Below, in pieces: positions 8,446 to 15,395 of a DNA stretch of 32,000 nt (position 1 is the stretch's first letter; every line of letters starts with the position of its first letter). The position numbers were made by a program, and so were the translations under genes. The notes below the pieces were generated by a model that saw nothing but the letters and a program-made list of their open reading frames with translations, ran no database searches and had not been told where the DNA came from. Origin of the DNA: Bifidobacterium longum subsp. longum JCM 1217 (lineage in GTDB: Bacteria > Actinomycetota > Actinomycetes > Actinomycetales > Bifidobacteriaceae); the NCBI RefSeq assembly GCF_000196555.1, contig NC_015067.1, forward strand, positions 1,140,001-1,172,000. The letters are read 5' to 3'.

Positions 8446-9720
8446 ATGGGCGTGGACAGGAACGGGAGGAGCCACAGGCCGAGCGGACTGCCGCAGGGGT
8501 ATGCGGGCACGTTCGACAGGACGGGCGGGGATGCGGGCGGCGACGTGGCCCCGCCCGACCCGCTGATCGCCATGGCGAGCGAAAGCATGCGCATGCGCGC
8601 GCTGACCGACCATACACAGGTGAAAAGCGCGTCGGAGACGCGGGGCCTGCTCGACATGGCCGACCATGTCGAATACGGGCCGGACGGCGCGATCCTGTAC
8701 GACGGGGACGGGAACATCCTGTTCCGTGAGGATCCGTCCGTGCCCGGACTCGACTCGACGGTGATGCGGCACGATCCGAAAACGCAGGCCGCGGTTCGAG
8801 CCGCGTTCCAGGCGGACCTGGGCGAATACCCGGCCGCCGGCCGGCGCGCCCTGATCCGTGCCGCGAACCGGCATGCGAGCGCGTATTCACGGCGCCGCGC
8901 CATCGATTCGAGCCCGAACCGCAGGTATCTGCCCGCATCCACGATCGCGTCGAGCCTCGCCCGGCGTGCCGACCGGGACACGGCGGACCGGATCCTGCGC
9001 GAACTGCACTACGAGGACGCGAACGCGAGCGCGAACGTGATCCGCGCCGGCTACCCGGACGACAAGGCGAGCGCGTTCAAATTCATCAACTACACGAAGA
9101 TCCGACGCGACAAGGACGGCAGGCCGGTGCACGGCGAATGGACCGACCGGGACGGGAAGCGCAAGAGCGGGATCATGCCCGAACCGCGGGGGGCCGCGTC
9201 CCGCGCCTACCTCAGGATGCTGTACCAGCCGACCGACGGCGTCCCCTCGAAGCAGGAGTGCGACCGCATGGCCCACGTGTTCGCCCGCATGGACGATCCG
9301 GACATCCAGGCCAGGGCGTTCTGGAACCTGTGCCACGGCAACGCGAACCCGGACGACCGGTGGGACGACGTGAACTTCGAAATCGGGCTGATCGGCCAGA
9401 AAAGGACGGACAGGGGCGGCGCCGCGCTGCTCGACGCGTACAGTCGGCGCAAAGGCGGTCAGGGCAACGCGGCGCGCATGCTCGCCTACAGGAAATGCAT
9501 GAGCCGTGACGCGGCCGTCCGTTTCCTCGCCATGGACGACATGGACGCGCGGCGCGCGCACACCCAGTACACGCGCCGCCGTCGCAGCAGGACGACGGGG
9601 CTCATGGAGGACGTGAAGCCGAAACGGCTCACCGAGATGCGCGCGTTCATCCACGCGGTCTACCAGATCCCCAACCGTGAGGTCGACGAGTACCGGGCCG
9701 TACGGGACGCGGACGCGTGA
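8446..9720 (+). CDS. Hypothetical protein (424 aa), no family recognised
   Basis: Strong SD ggaaaggag at 8432-8440, 5 nt before the ATG. The part of the track ORF upstream of 8446 overlaps the divergent FtsK-like start and promoter region. Confidence 0.65.
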   Translation: MGVDRNGRSHRPSGLPQGYAGTFDRTGGDAGGDVAPPDPLIAMASESMRMRALTDHTQVKSASETRGLLDMADHVEYGPDGAILYDGDGNILFREDPSVPGLDSTVMRHDPKTQAAVRAAFQADLGEYPAAGRRALIRAANRHASAYSRRRAIDSSPNRRYLPASTIASSLARRADRDTADRILRELHYEDANASANVIRAGYPDDKASAFKFINYTKIRRDKDGRPVHGEWTDRDGKRKSGIMPEPRGAASRAYLRMLYQPTDGVPSKQECDRMAHVFARMDDPDIQARAFWNLCHGNANPDDRWDDVNFEIGLIGQKRTDRGGAALLDAYSRRKGGQGNAARMLAYRKCMSRDAAVRFLAMDDMDARRAHTQYTRRRRSRTTGLMEDVKPKRLTEMRAFIHAVYQIPNREVDEYRAVRDADA

Positions 9721-9736
9721 CGATCAGGGAAGAAAA

Positions 9737-9796
9737 GAGGGGGCCGTCCGGTTCCCGCCTGCCCCGATGGGGTTGCGGGACCGGACGGCCCCTCTT
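9737..9796. terminator. Long GC-rich hairpin between convergent genes
   Basis: gagggggccgtccggt (9737-9752) pairs with accggacggcccctc (9780-9794) with one bulge. Inner pairs are tcccgc/gcggga and cccc/gggg. It lies between stop 9720 (+) and stop 9816 (-). Confidence 0.55.
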
Positions 9797-9815
9797 CCTG
9801 TGCCGGAACGGCCCG

Positions 9816-10109
9816 TCATGCGACGGGTCGGGGTTCGGCGGGCTCCCAGTCCTCGCCGATCTCCTCCTCGTTGACCCAGTCGCGCTCCCACAGGGAGTAG
9901 CCGCCGGCCAGCGCGTATTCCACGCCGGTCAGGCCGTTCAGGTCGGCCACGTGCAACGCGTCCTCCTTGGACGCGCACCATGTGGCGTTCTGCGCGTCCG
10001 GCTCCCATGCGCCGTCCGTGCCGTCAAGGTCGGCGTCGTACAGCCATGCGCCGTCCATATCGCGGCGCACCGCGTATTCGACGCCGCCCTTACCGTTCAA
10101 TCGGACCAT
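9816..10109 (-). CDS. Small acidic hypothetical protein (97 aa) with an internal duplication
   Basis: SD gaaaggaag lies 6 nt before the ATG. There are two related segments, LNGKGGVEYAVRRDMDGAW and LNGLTGVEYALAGGYSLW. The C-terminus is acidic (EEEIGEDWEPAEP). Confidence 0.6.
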   Translation of the reverse strand: MVRLNGKGGVEYAVRRDMDGAWLYDADLDGTDGAWEPDAQNATWCASKEDALHVADLNGLTGVEYALAGGYSLWERDWVNEEEIGEDWEPAEPRPVA

Positions 10110-10154
10110 GTCGTCTTCCTTTCGTCCATGATTGATGCCGTTTTCCGAAGCCCG

Positions 10155-10901
10155 CTATGCGTCCCCGCGCAGCATGCGCGTGGATTCGGCGAGCATGAGG
10201 GCCGCGAGGCGTCCCGCGGCGCGGATGCGTTCCAGCCGGGCGTCCAGCGTCCCCTCCCCGTCCCCGTCATGGTCGAGGATGAGGCGGATCACGCGTTCCA
10301 CGTCGCGGGCGAGCGTGGAGTCCAGCCACGCGAACAGGGCGGCCCGTTCCGGCCGGCCTTCGGCCAGTCCGGGCACGTCGGGCACGATCGGCCCGTACGC
10401 CTTGCGCGCCGCCGCCCATTGGACGCGCAGCAGTTCCAGCGCGATCGGGCGGATGCGTTCCGTATGCCCGTCGGCGAGCAGGCCGGCGCGGGCGAACGTG
10501 AGCGTCAGCTGCGTGAACCCGTATCCGGCGACGTTGAACCCGTGTTCCGACCAGGACGGGTCGTACGGCCTGCGCTCCGCGAGCGTCACCTCCGGCACGG
10601 GCTCCGGCTCGGATGCGGCGGATTCCGGCGCCTGTTCCGGCACGGGTTCCGGCTTCGCCTCCGGATCCGTCGCGGGTTCCGTCCCGGATGCGACGGGTTC
10701 CGGCTTCGGCGTCGGATTCCACGGATCCTCGCCCGGACCCGAACCCATCCACCGGTCCATCGTCTCACGCCCCTGCGGCGTCTCCCACGGATCCGGCGCC
10801 GGGGCGGGCAGGCCCGCGCGAGGACGCGCCACGGCCTCCCCCTCCGGCCCCGAGGGCTTCGCCTCCGCGACGGGGGCGTCCAATCCGAACAGATCAAGCA
10901 T
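10155..10901 (-). CDS. Possible independently expressed in-frame product (MLDLFGLDAP...), nested in the 3' half of the nuclease ORF
   Basis: A motif copy, ggggacgcaTACCGG (10933-10947), and a perfect SD gggaaaggag lie 5 nt upstream of the internal ATG at 10901. This is the same arrangement seen at bona fide gene starts in this window. Confidence 0.35.
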   Translation of the reverse strand: MLDLFGLDAPVAEAKPSGPEGEAVARPRAGLPAPAPDPWETPQGRETMDRWMGSGPGEDPWNPTPKPEPVASGTEPATDPEAKPEPVPEQAPESAASEPEPVPEVTLAERRPYDPSWSEHGFNVAGYGFTQLTLTFARAGLLADGHTERIRPIALELLRVQWAAARKAYGPIVPDVPGLAEGRPERAALFAWLDSTLARDVERVIRLILDHDGDGEGTLDARLERIRAAGRLAALMLAESTRMLRGDA

Positions 10902-11861
10902 GACGGGCTCCTTTCCCACATGATTCCAACCGCCGGTATGCGTCCCCGCGAACCCGACGCGCGGATCGTCCGGACCGACGCTCGACAAGGCGTCCCGCCG
11001 GCCCGACGGTATGATCCGGGCCAGCGGGCAGGCGCGCGCCACCGGACACCAGGCGCACAGGCCCGACGGCCTCAACGGCAGGACGCCGTCCCCGTCCGCG
11101 CCCGTCGCGCGCACAATCCCGTCCCACGCATGATGGAAACGGGACACGGTGTCCGTGCACGCCGCATCCGACAGGTCCGCGGCCGCCCACGCATGATGCT
11201 CCACATACACGTCACGCGCCGCACGCACCTCGCACACGCCGTTCGCCTCCAGCATCAGCCGGTACAGGCGCAGCTGGTCCGCATGCCGCCGGCGGGCGTC
11301 ACGGTACTTCGGCGTGCCGCCCGTCTTCCAATCCACCACCGTGCCGTCCACGTCACGATAGTCCACGGCGCCACGCAACGGGATGCCGTCGACATCCGCC
11401 TCCAGATCCTGCTCCAACGCGGCCGGCTCCAACACGCGGCCCAACGCGTCCGTCAAAACGAACCCCGACAGCTTCGCCGCCGCGGCCCCCACCCAATCAT
11501 CCTGCGTGGCGGGCGAACCGTCCGGCATCGCCACGCCGGGCGGGATCGGCTCATCGCCCCAACCCCGCGCCCTCCACCGCTCGTACTCCACGCCGACGCC
11601 CCTGGCGCACAGGGCCCGCCAATCCGGGGCGACACGATCCGGCGTACGGCAGGCAAGCTCCAACGCGGCGTGCGCGATGCCGCCCAGGACGAGCGGACTG
11701 CCCCACAGACGGGGCTTCGGCATCAGCTTCTCCGCCGCCCAACGCGCCGGGCACGACATCCACTTGTCCAACGCGCTGAACGACGCGTGCGAGGGACGCG
11801 CCAGACGCGCACGGGCGACACCCGCCCCCATATCGAACGTCATCAACAGTTCATCACTCAT
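10155..11861 (-). CDS. Cas4/AddB-like PD-(D/E)XK nuclease with a 4-Cys (Fe-S type) signature, joined in frame to a Pro/Glu-rich linker and an unknown C-terminal domain
   Basis: Nuclease-like strings: SALDKWMSCPARW (N-terminal Cys), GAVDYRDVDGTVVDWKTG (D...D-x-K), ADQLRLY (QxxxY), and CAWCPVARAC (C-x2-C-x5-C). The start is set at MSDELL (ATG 11861) because the 90 nt further upstream contain a terminator and a promoter motif. Confidence 0.7.
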   Translation of the reverse strand: MSDELLMTFDMGAGVARARLARPSHASFSALDKWMSCPARWAAEKLMPKPRLWGSPLVLGGIAHAALELACRTPDRVAPDWRALCARGVGVEYERWRARGWGDEPIPPGVAMPDGSPATQDDWVGAAAAKLSGFVLTDALGRVLEPAALEQDLEADVDGIPLRGAVDYRDVDGTVVDWKTGGTPKYRDARRRHADQLRLYRLMLEANGVCEVRAARDVYVEHHAWAAADLSDAACTDTVSRFHHAWDGIVRATGADGDGVLPLRPSGLCAWCPVARACPLARIIPSGRRDALSSVGPDDPRVGFAGTHTGGWNHVGKEPVMLDLFGLDAPVAEAKPSGPEGEAVARPRAGLPAPAPDPWETPQGRETMDRWMGSGPGEDPWNPTPKPEPVASGTEPATDPEAKPEPVPEQAPESAASEPEPVPEVTLAERRPYDPSWSEHGFNVAGYGFTQLTLTFARAGLLADGHTERIRPIALELLRVQWAAARKAYGPIVPDVPGLAEGRPERAALFAWLDSTLARDVERVIRLILDHDGDGEGTLDARLERIRAAGRLAALMLAESTRMLRGDA

Positions 11862-11866
11862 ACGCG

Positions 11867-11882
11867 CGCTTATGCGTCCCCC
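11867..11882 (-). promoter_or_regulatory. Recurrent motif in -10 position for a leaderless start
   Basis: The minus strand reads gggggacgcaTAAGCG + 5 nt + ATG(11861). No SD. Confidence 0.5.
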
Positions 11883-11883
11883 G

Positions 11884-11911
11884 AAAAAAAACAGGCCGGG
11901 GCCCGCCGGCC
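11884..11911 (-). terminator. Rho-independent terminator (minus strand)
   Basis: The minus strand reads GGCCGG-cgggcc-CCGGCC followed by TG and T8 (plus-strand A8 at 11884-11891). It lies downstream of the 11964-12281 gene. Confidence 0.6.
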
Positions 11912-11963
11912 CCCTCCCGGAAAAGGAAAGGGACGACGGGTCCCGGCCCATGTCGCCGCCGGT

Positions 11964-12281
11964 TCAGGCGGCGAGCCTCCACGCATGGTCCAGGCACTCC
12001 CACAAGGGGCAGTACCGGCGCGACGCCCACTCGAACCCCCTGAACGGGGGGACGGTCAGCCGCGGGTCGATCCGCGCGAGCTCCCTGTCGCACAACGGGA
12101 CGCCCAGACGGCGCAGCCACGGCAGACGCGCCATCGCCGCCCTCACCATGCGCGCGTCATACGAGCCGTCCGCCGACGGCCGGGGCAGCGCATGATGTTC
12201 GGACAGGAGCGGGAGGAACGATTCCGGCACGTCCAAAAGACGCGCCGTCTGGCCCGCGGCCAGCATGCCCGGCATCACCAT
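11964..12281 (-). CDS. Small protein with a putative N-terminal excisionase/MerR-like helix-turn-helix
   Basis: MLAAGQTARLLDVPESFLPLLSEHHALP resembles Xis/AlpA-type HTH openings. Its ATG overlaps the upstream stop (ATGA at 12279-12283). Confidence 0.5.
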   Translation of the reverse strand: MVMPGMLAAGQTARLLDVPESFLPLLSEHHALPRPSADGSYDARMVRAAMARLPWLRRLGVPLCDRELARIDPRLTVPPFRGFEWASRRYCPLWECLDHAWRLAA

Positions 12282-12850
12282 CAGGCCAACCCCCTGACCG
12301 CATCCACATCCAGGCCGGGCGCGGCGGACGCCAGCGCGTACTGCAGGTCGGTGGGCGACGAGCCCGTCGGCTTGACCGAACCCGCCAGATCCGGGTCGAG
12401 CGCGAGCGCGACCCTGGCGGCGCGCCTGACGCCCGCCATGTCCTTCTCCAACGCCTGGCCGACCAGGATCGCGCGTCGCAGCGGATCCGTCTCGTCATGC
12501 CATGCGACAAGCAGGCCGACCGGCGCCGACAGGCCGCCCTTCAACACGGCCAGGGCGAGACGGTCCGCATCGTCCGCGTCCACGTCCGCGGCGGACGCGA
12601 CCACGCGGCGCGTCCGCCCGTCGTCCAGCAGGGCCAGCGCCTCGCGCGCCTGACGCACCCGATCCGCGGTCCACGCGAACGCGGGGCGCGCGCGTTTCGG
12701 ACGCGGCCTCGCCTCCACGGCCTTCGGCTCCGCCGGCCCCGCGTCGGCCTGCGGTTCCGGCGCGGCCGGAACATCCGGCACGGGTTCCGGCACGGGTTCC
12801 GGCTGCGGGTCGAAACCGTTCCAACCCCGATCACCATCGAACATCGACAT
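12281..12850 (-). CDS. Hypothetical protein (189 aa) with a Pro/Glu-rich N-terminus
   Basis: SD gaaggag lies before ATG 12850. A motif copy, cgcgcaTAGGGG (12892-12903), lies upstream. It is translationally coupled to the next gene. Confidence 0.6.
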   Translation of the reverse strand: MSMFDGDRGWNGFDPQPEPVPEPVPDVPAAPEPQADAGPAEPKAVEARPRPKRARPAFAWTADRVRQAREALALLDDGRTRRVVASAADVDADDADRLALAVLKGGLSAPVGLLVAWHDETDPLRRAILVGQALEKDMAGVRRAARVALALDPDLAGSVKPTGSSPTDLQYALASAAPGLDVDAVRGLA

Positions 12851-12958
12851 GCTATTGCTCCTTCAATCCAGGGACGGATATCGTCACGCCGCCCCTATGC
12901 GCGTGCGACGCATCATGCCACGCCCCGTCGAACAGACGGCGGCGCGGCCGGCGGGCGT

Positions 12959-13140
12959 CCGGCGCAAGCCGCGGACGAAAACGAAAAAAAGGAGACAAAG
13001 AAAAGGAAAAAGAGAAAAAGAGCAAAAGAGGAAAACACGATACGACACCATCCCATCAGCCATCGGAAAAGAAAAAAGACAGGACACCGACACCCAGGAA
13101 CACACGCGACGGACATCACACCACAAAACAGCATCACATC
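12959..13140 (+). repeat. Strand-asymmetric, T-depleted A-rich/polypurine tract with three tandem 8-mers
   Basis: There is no T at all in 12959-13040 (82 nt) and only 7 T in 12959-13140. Tandem AAAAAGAG AAAAAGAG CAAAAGAG sits at 13007-13030. The tract lies in the 350-nt divergent intergenic region beside the parA-like gene. Confidence 0.7.
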
Positions 13141-13180
13141 AAGGGGAGGGATCGTTTTTCCTTGCAAAAAACCGGGTTTC

Positions 13181-13195
13181 GGGGGCGCATAGCCG
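13181..13195 (+). promoter_or_regulatory. Recurrent motif in -10 position for a leaderless start
   Basis: gggggcgcaTAGCCG + 6 nt + ATG(13202). No SD. The Walker A motif starts at residue 10, which confirms the start codon. Confidence 0.5.
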
Positions 13196-13201
13196 CCCGC
13201 C

Positions 13202-13993
13202 ATGACTCAGGCGGCTATCACGTTCGTGACCGGCGGATCCGGCGGCATCGGCAAAAGCACCGCCGCCCGCATGCTCGCCCACGCGCTCGGCTCCGCCCGG
13301 CTGCGCACCGCGCTCGTCGACGGCAACCCCGGACAGCAGTCCCAACGCGCCTGGCTGAACGTCCCCGATTCGAAGGCGTTGGAATACGCGTTCGTCGACG
13401 GATTGCAGTCCGCGCTCGTCCGGCCCCGGGACACGGGCGGCATGTTCGCGCTGCTCGCCGGACCCGCCGACCCGCATTCCAGGGACATGACCCACGACTA
13501 CCTGGAAGCGGTCATCGGACTGCGGGCCATGTGCGACATGATCGTCGTGGACGCGGACCGTGTCGACGGGCGCCTGTGGGACGATCCCGCTTCGTTCGCG
13601 GGCGGCGTCATGCGGCCCATGGTCGAGACGGGCGGGGCGCGCATCCTGTTCAGGATCGGCCAGTCCGGCTCGCAGACGGACGACGGGCTCGCCGCATTGG
13701 ACGCGATCCGCCGGCCGGACCGGATCCGCGCGGTGGCGGTCGCGCCTCCCGGCGTGAAGCCGTGGCCGGCCCGCCGCTGGCGGGCATTGCTCGACGGGCT
13801 CGCCGAATACGGGGGCGTGGACGAGTGGGATGAGGCGAGCCGCCGGCTCATCGACTCGCATGCGTGCGGATGGGCGCATGGCATGGAACCGGATTGGCTG
13901 CGCGGCGCATGCATATGGATGGGCGTCGACCCTCATGCATGGAACCCGGCGGAGGGGGGGCGATCATGGCTGCCATGGTCCCGGACGCGATGA
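13202..13993 (+). CDS. ParA/MinD-family (SIMIBI class) P-loop ATPase
   Basis: N-terminal deviant Walker A ITFVTGGSGGIGKSTAARMLA. A hydrophobic strand ending in Asp (MIVVDAD) serves as Walker B. Confidence 0.75.
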   Translation: MTQAAITFVTGGSGGIGKSTAARMLAHALGSARLRTALVDGNPGQQSQRAWLNVPDSKALEYAFVDGLQSALVRPRDTGGMFALLAGPADPHSRDMTHDYLEAVIGLRAMCDMIVVDADRVDGRLWDDPASFAGGVMRPMVETGGARILFRIGQSGSQTDDGLAALDAIRRPDRIRAVAVAPPGVKPWPARRWRALLDGLAEYGGVDEWDEASRRLIDSHACGWAHGMEPDWLRGACIWMGVDPHAWNPAEGGRSWLPWSRTR

Positions 13994-14400
13994 GCGGCGT
14001 CCAGGCGGCGCGGGACGCGAACCTGATACGCGCGGAGGCCTTGGTCGCGGTGCGCGCGAAGGCGGAGCGCGGGGATTTCACGCATGCCCTGTCCGACCTG
14101 CTGCGTGACGCGTTGGGATCGAGGCCGCTGCTGCGCCTGCACATCTGGCGTGTCGAACAGGCCGCGTTCGACAATCGGACGGCGACATGCAAACGGCATG
14201 CGCGCATCGCGGCCGGATGGTGCGGGGTGGACGGGGCGCGCGCCGGATCCCTGACGCTCGCCTGGCTGTTGGACGAGCGGACGGGCGGCGCGAGGCTCGC
14301 CGCATGGCTGCTCGCCATCAGCCTGGACATGCGTGACGCGCATGGCGGGCACGCGTTCCGCCTGTCCGGCCCGGACCCGTTCGCGCATGTACGCTCCTAG
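13966..14400 (+). CDS. Hypothetical protein (144 aa)
   Basis: SD ggaggggggg at 13951-13960, 5 nt before ATG 13966. It overlaps the 3' end of the parA-like gene by 28 nt. Confidence 0.5.
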   Translation: MAAMVPDAMSGVQAARDANLIRAEALVAVRAKAERGDFTHALSDLLRDALGSRPLLRLHIWRVEQAAFDNRTATCKRHARIAAGWCGVDGARAGSLTLAWLLDERTGGARLAAWLLAISLDMRDAHGGHAFRLSGPDPFAHVRS

Positions 14401-15347
14401 TCGCTGATCAGGCGGGCGGCCATGGTGCCGAGCTCCCTGATCACGTCGAATTCGGTGACGTCGTTGGCGGCGGCGACCCGTTGGACGGCGCGTTTCAGGT
14501 CGGGCTGCCAGACGCGCCGCCGGCTGGTCTGGGTCGGCCAGTAGAGGCGGACGGCGTCATGCATGCCGGTCCACGGATGCGGGTCGTGTTCGAGGAGTGG
14601 CGCCATGTCCTGCGGGATGGGGGCGAGCATGAGCATGCACGCGGTGTTCGCGTCGAGCCTGTCGAGCGTATGGTCCCACAGGCCCGCGTCGCGTGCGATC
14701 CGGATCGCGTCCTCGCATGTGCCGTCGGTCACGGCGCGCATCATCTGCTCCCTGATCCGGCCGACGGGGCGCGGCACCCTGAGCGTCGGATCGCGTTCGA
14801 ACGGGGCGGACGCCATGCTGCCGCCGGCCACGCTCGTGCTCGACGCGTCGTCGTACACGGGATTATGCCCGTCCTCGGTCTCGAACGCGCTCGCGCTGGG
14901 CGTCCTGGTTTTGAGCACGCGTTTCGCGTTCCACTGGGCGAGCGGCAGGCTGATGCGCCGAACCCATCCGCAGAAGCTGGTGGGTTCGGTCGGATCCCAC
15001 AGGCCGTTCCAGTTCCATTGCGTGCTTTTCGATTCGACGGGCACGCCCGTGATCTTCTCGAACACGCGGACCGTGACCCAGCGGGTCATGGTGTCCCGCT
15101 GCTCCTCGACCGGGTAGAGGCGTCGCATCTCGCCTTCCACGAGGTCGGTCTGCTGCATCCACGCGGCGGCCAGCATCCGTTCCCGGGATCCGAATTCGAC
15201 GGCCCTGTCGGTCCAGTCGATGCCGCGCACATGCCGGTCGAGCTCCTCCCTGGCGGCCGGATCGTCGGCCAGCCTGTGTTTCGGCTTCCATTCGCCCATC
15301 ATGCGTCCGATCGAGGTCGCGATCCCGTGCCGCGCATCCGCCCCCAT
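14397..15347 (-). CDS. Hypothetical protein (316 aa), no family recognised
   Basis: SD gaaaggagg lies 3 nt before ATG 15347. Only this 3' part of the 1500-aa track ORF reads like protein; the rest is antisense to two well-supported plus-strand genes. Confidence 0.6.
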   Translation of the reverse strand: MGADARHGIATSIGRMMGEWKPKHRLADDPAAREELDRHVRGIDWTDRAVEFGSRERMLAAAWMQQTDLVEGEMRRLYPVEEQRDTMTRWVTVRVFEKITGVPVESKSTQWNWNGLWDPTEPTSFCGWVRRISLPLAQWNAKRVLKTRTPSASAFETEDGHNPVYDDASSTSVAGGSMASAPFERDPTLRVPRPVGRIREQMMRAVTDGTCEDAIRIARDAGLWDHTLDRLDANTACMLMLAPIPQDMAPLLEHDPHPWTGMHDAVRLYWPTQTSRRRVWQPDLKRAVQRVAAANDVTEFDVIRELGTMAARLISD

Positions 15348-15364
15348 CGGCCTCCTTTCACGCG

Positions 15365-15390
15365 CGCGTATGCGTTCCGGGGCATAGGGG
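15365..15390. promoter_or_regulatory. Divergent pair of the recurrent motif
   Basis: The minus copy, ggaacgcaTACGCG, precedes SD and ATG 15347. The plus copy reads ggggcaTAGGGG + 5 nt + ATG 15396. Confidence 0.5.
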
Positions 15391-15395
15391 CGGGC

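Noticed and set aside
11862-11951. 30-codon N-terminal extension of the nuclease ORF (MGRDPSSLSF...)
   Set aside because: The extension covers a hairpin+T8 terminator and a promoter-motif copy. The ATG at 11861 sits at the conserved 5-nt distance from the motif hexamer.
9717-12653. 978-aa plus-strand ORF
   Set aside because: It is antisense to four minus-strand genes that have SDs, motifs and a terminator. Its translation is Arg/Pro/Gly-rich with no motifs.
12849-13205. Lys/Arg-rich small ORFs (e.g. KTKKRRQRKGKREKEQKRK) across the intergenic tract
   Set aside because: They are direct consequences of translating a polypurine A/G run. They have no start context, and they lie in the divergent promoter region.
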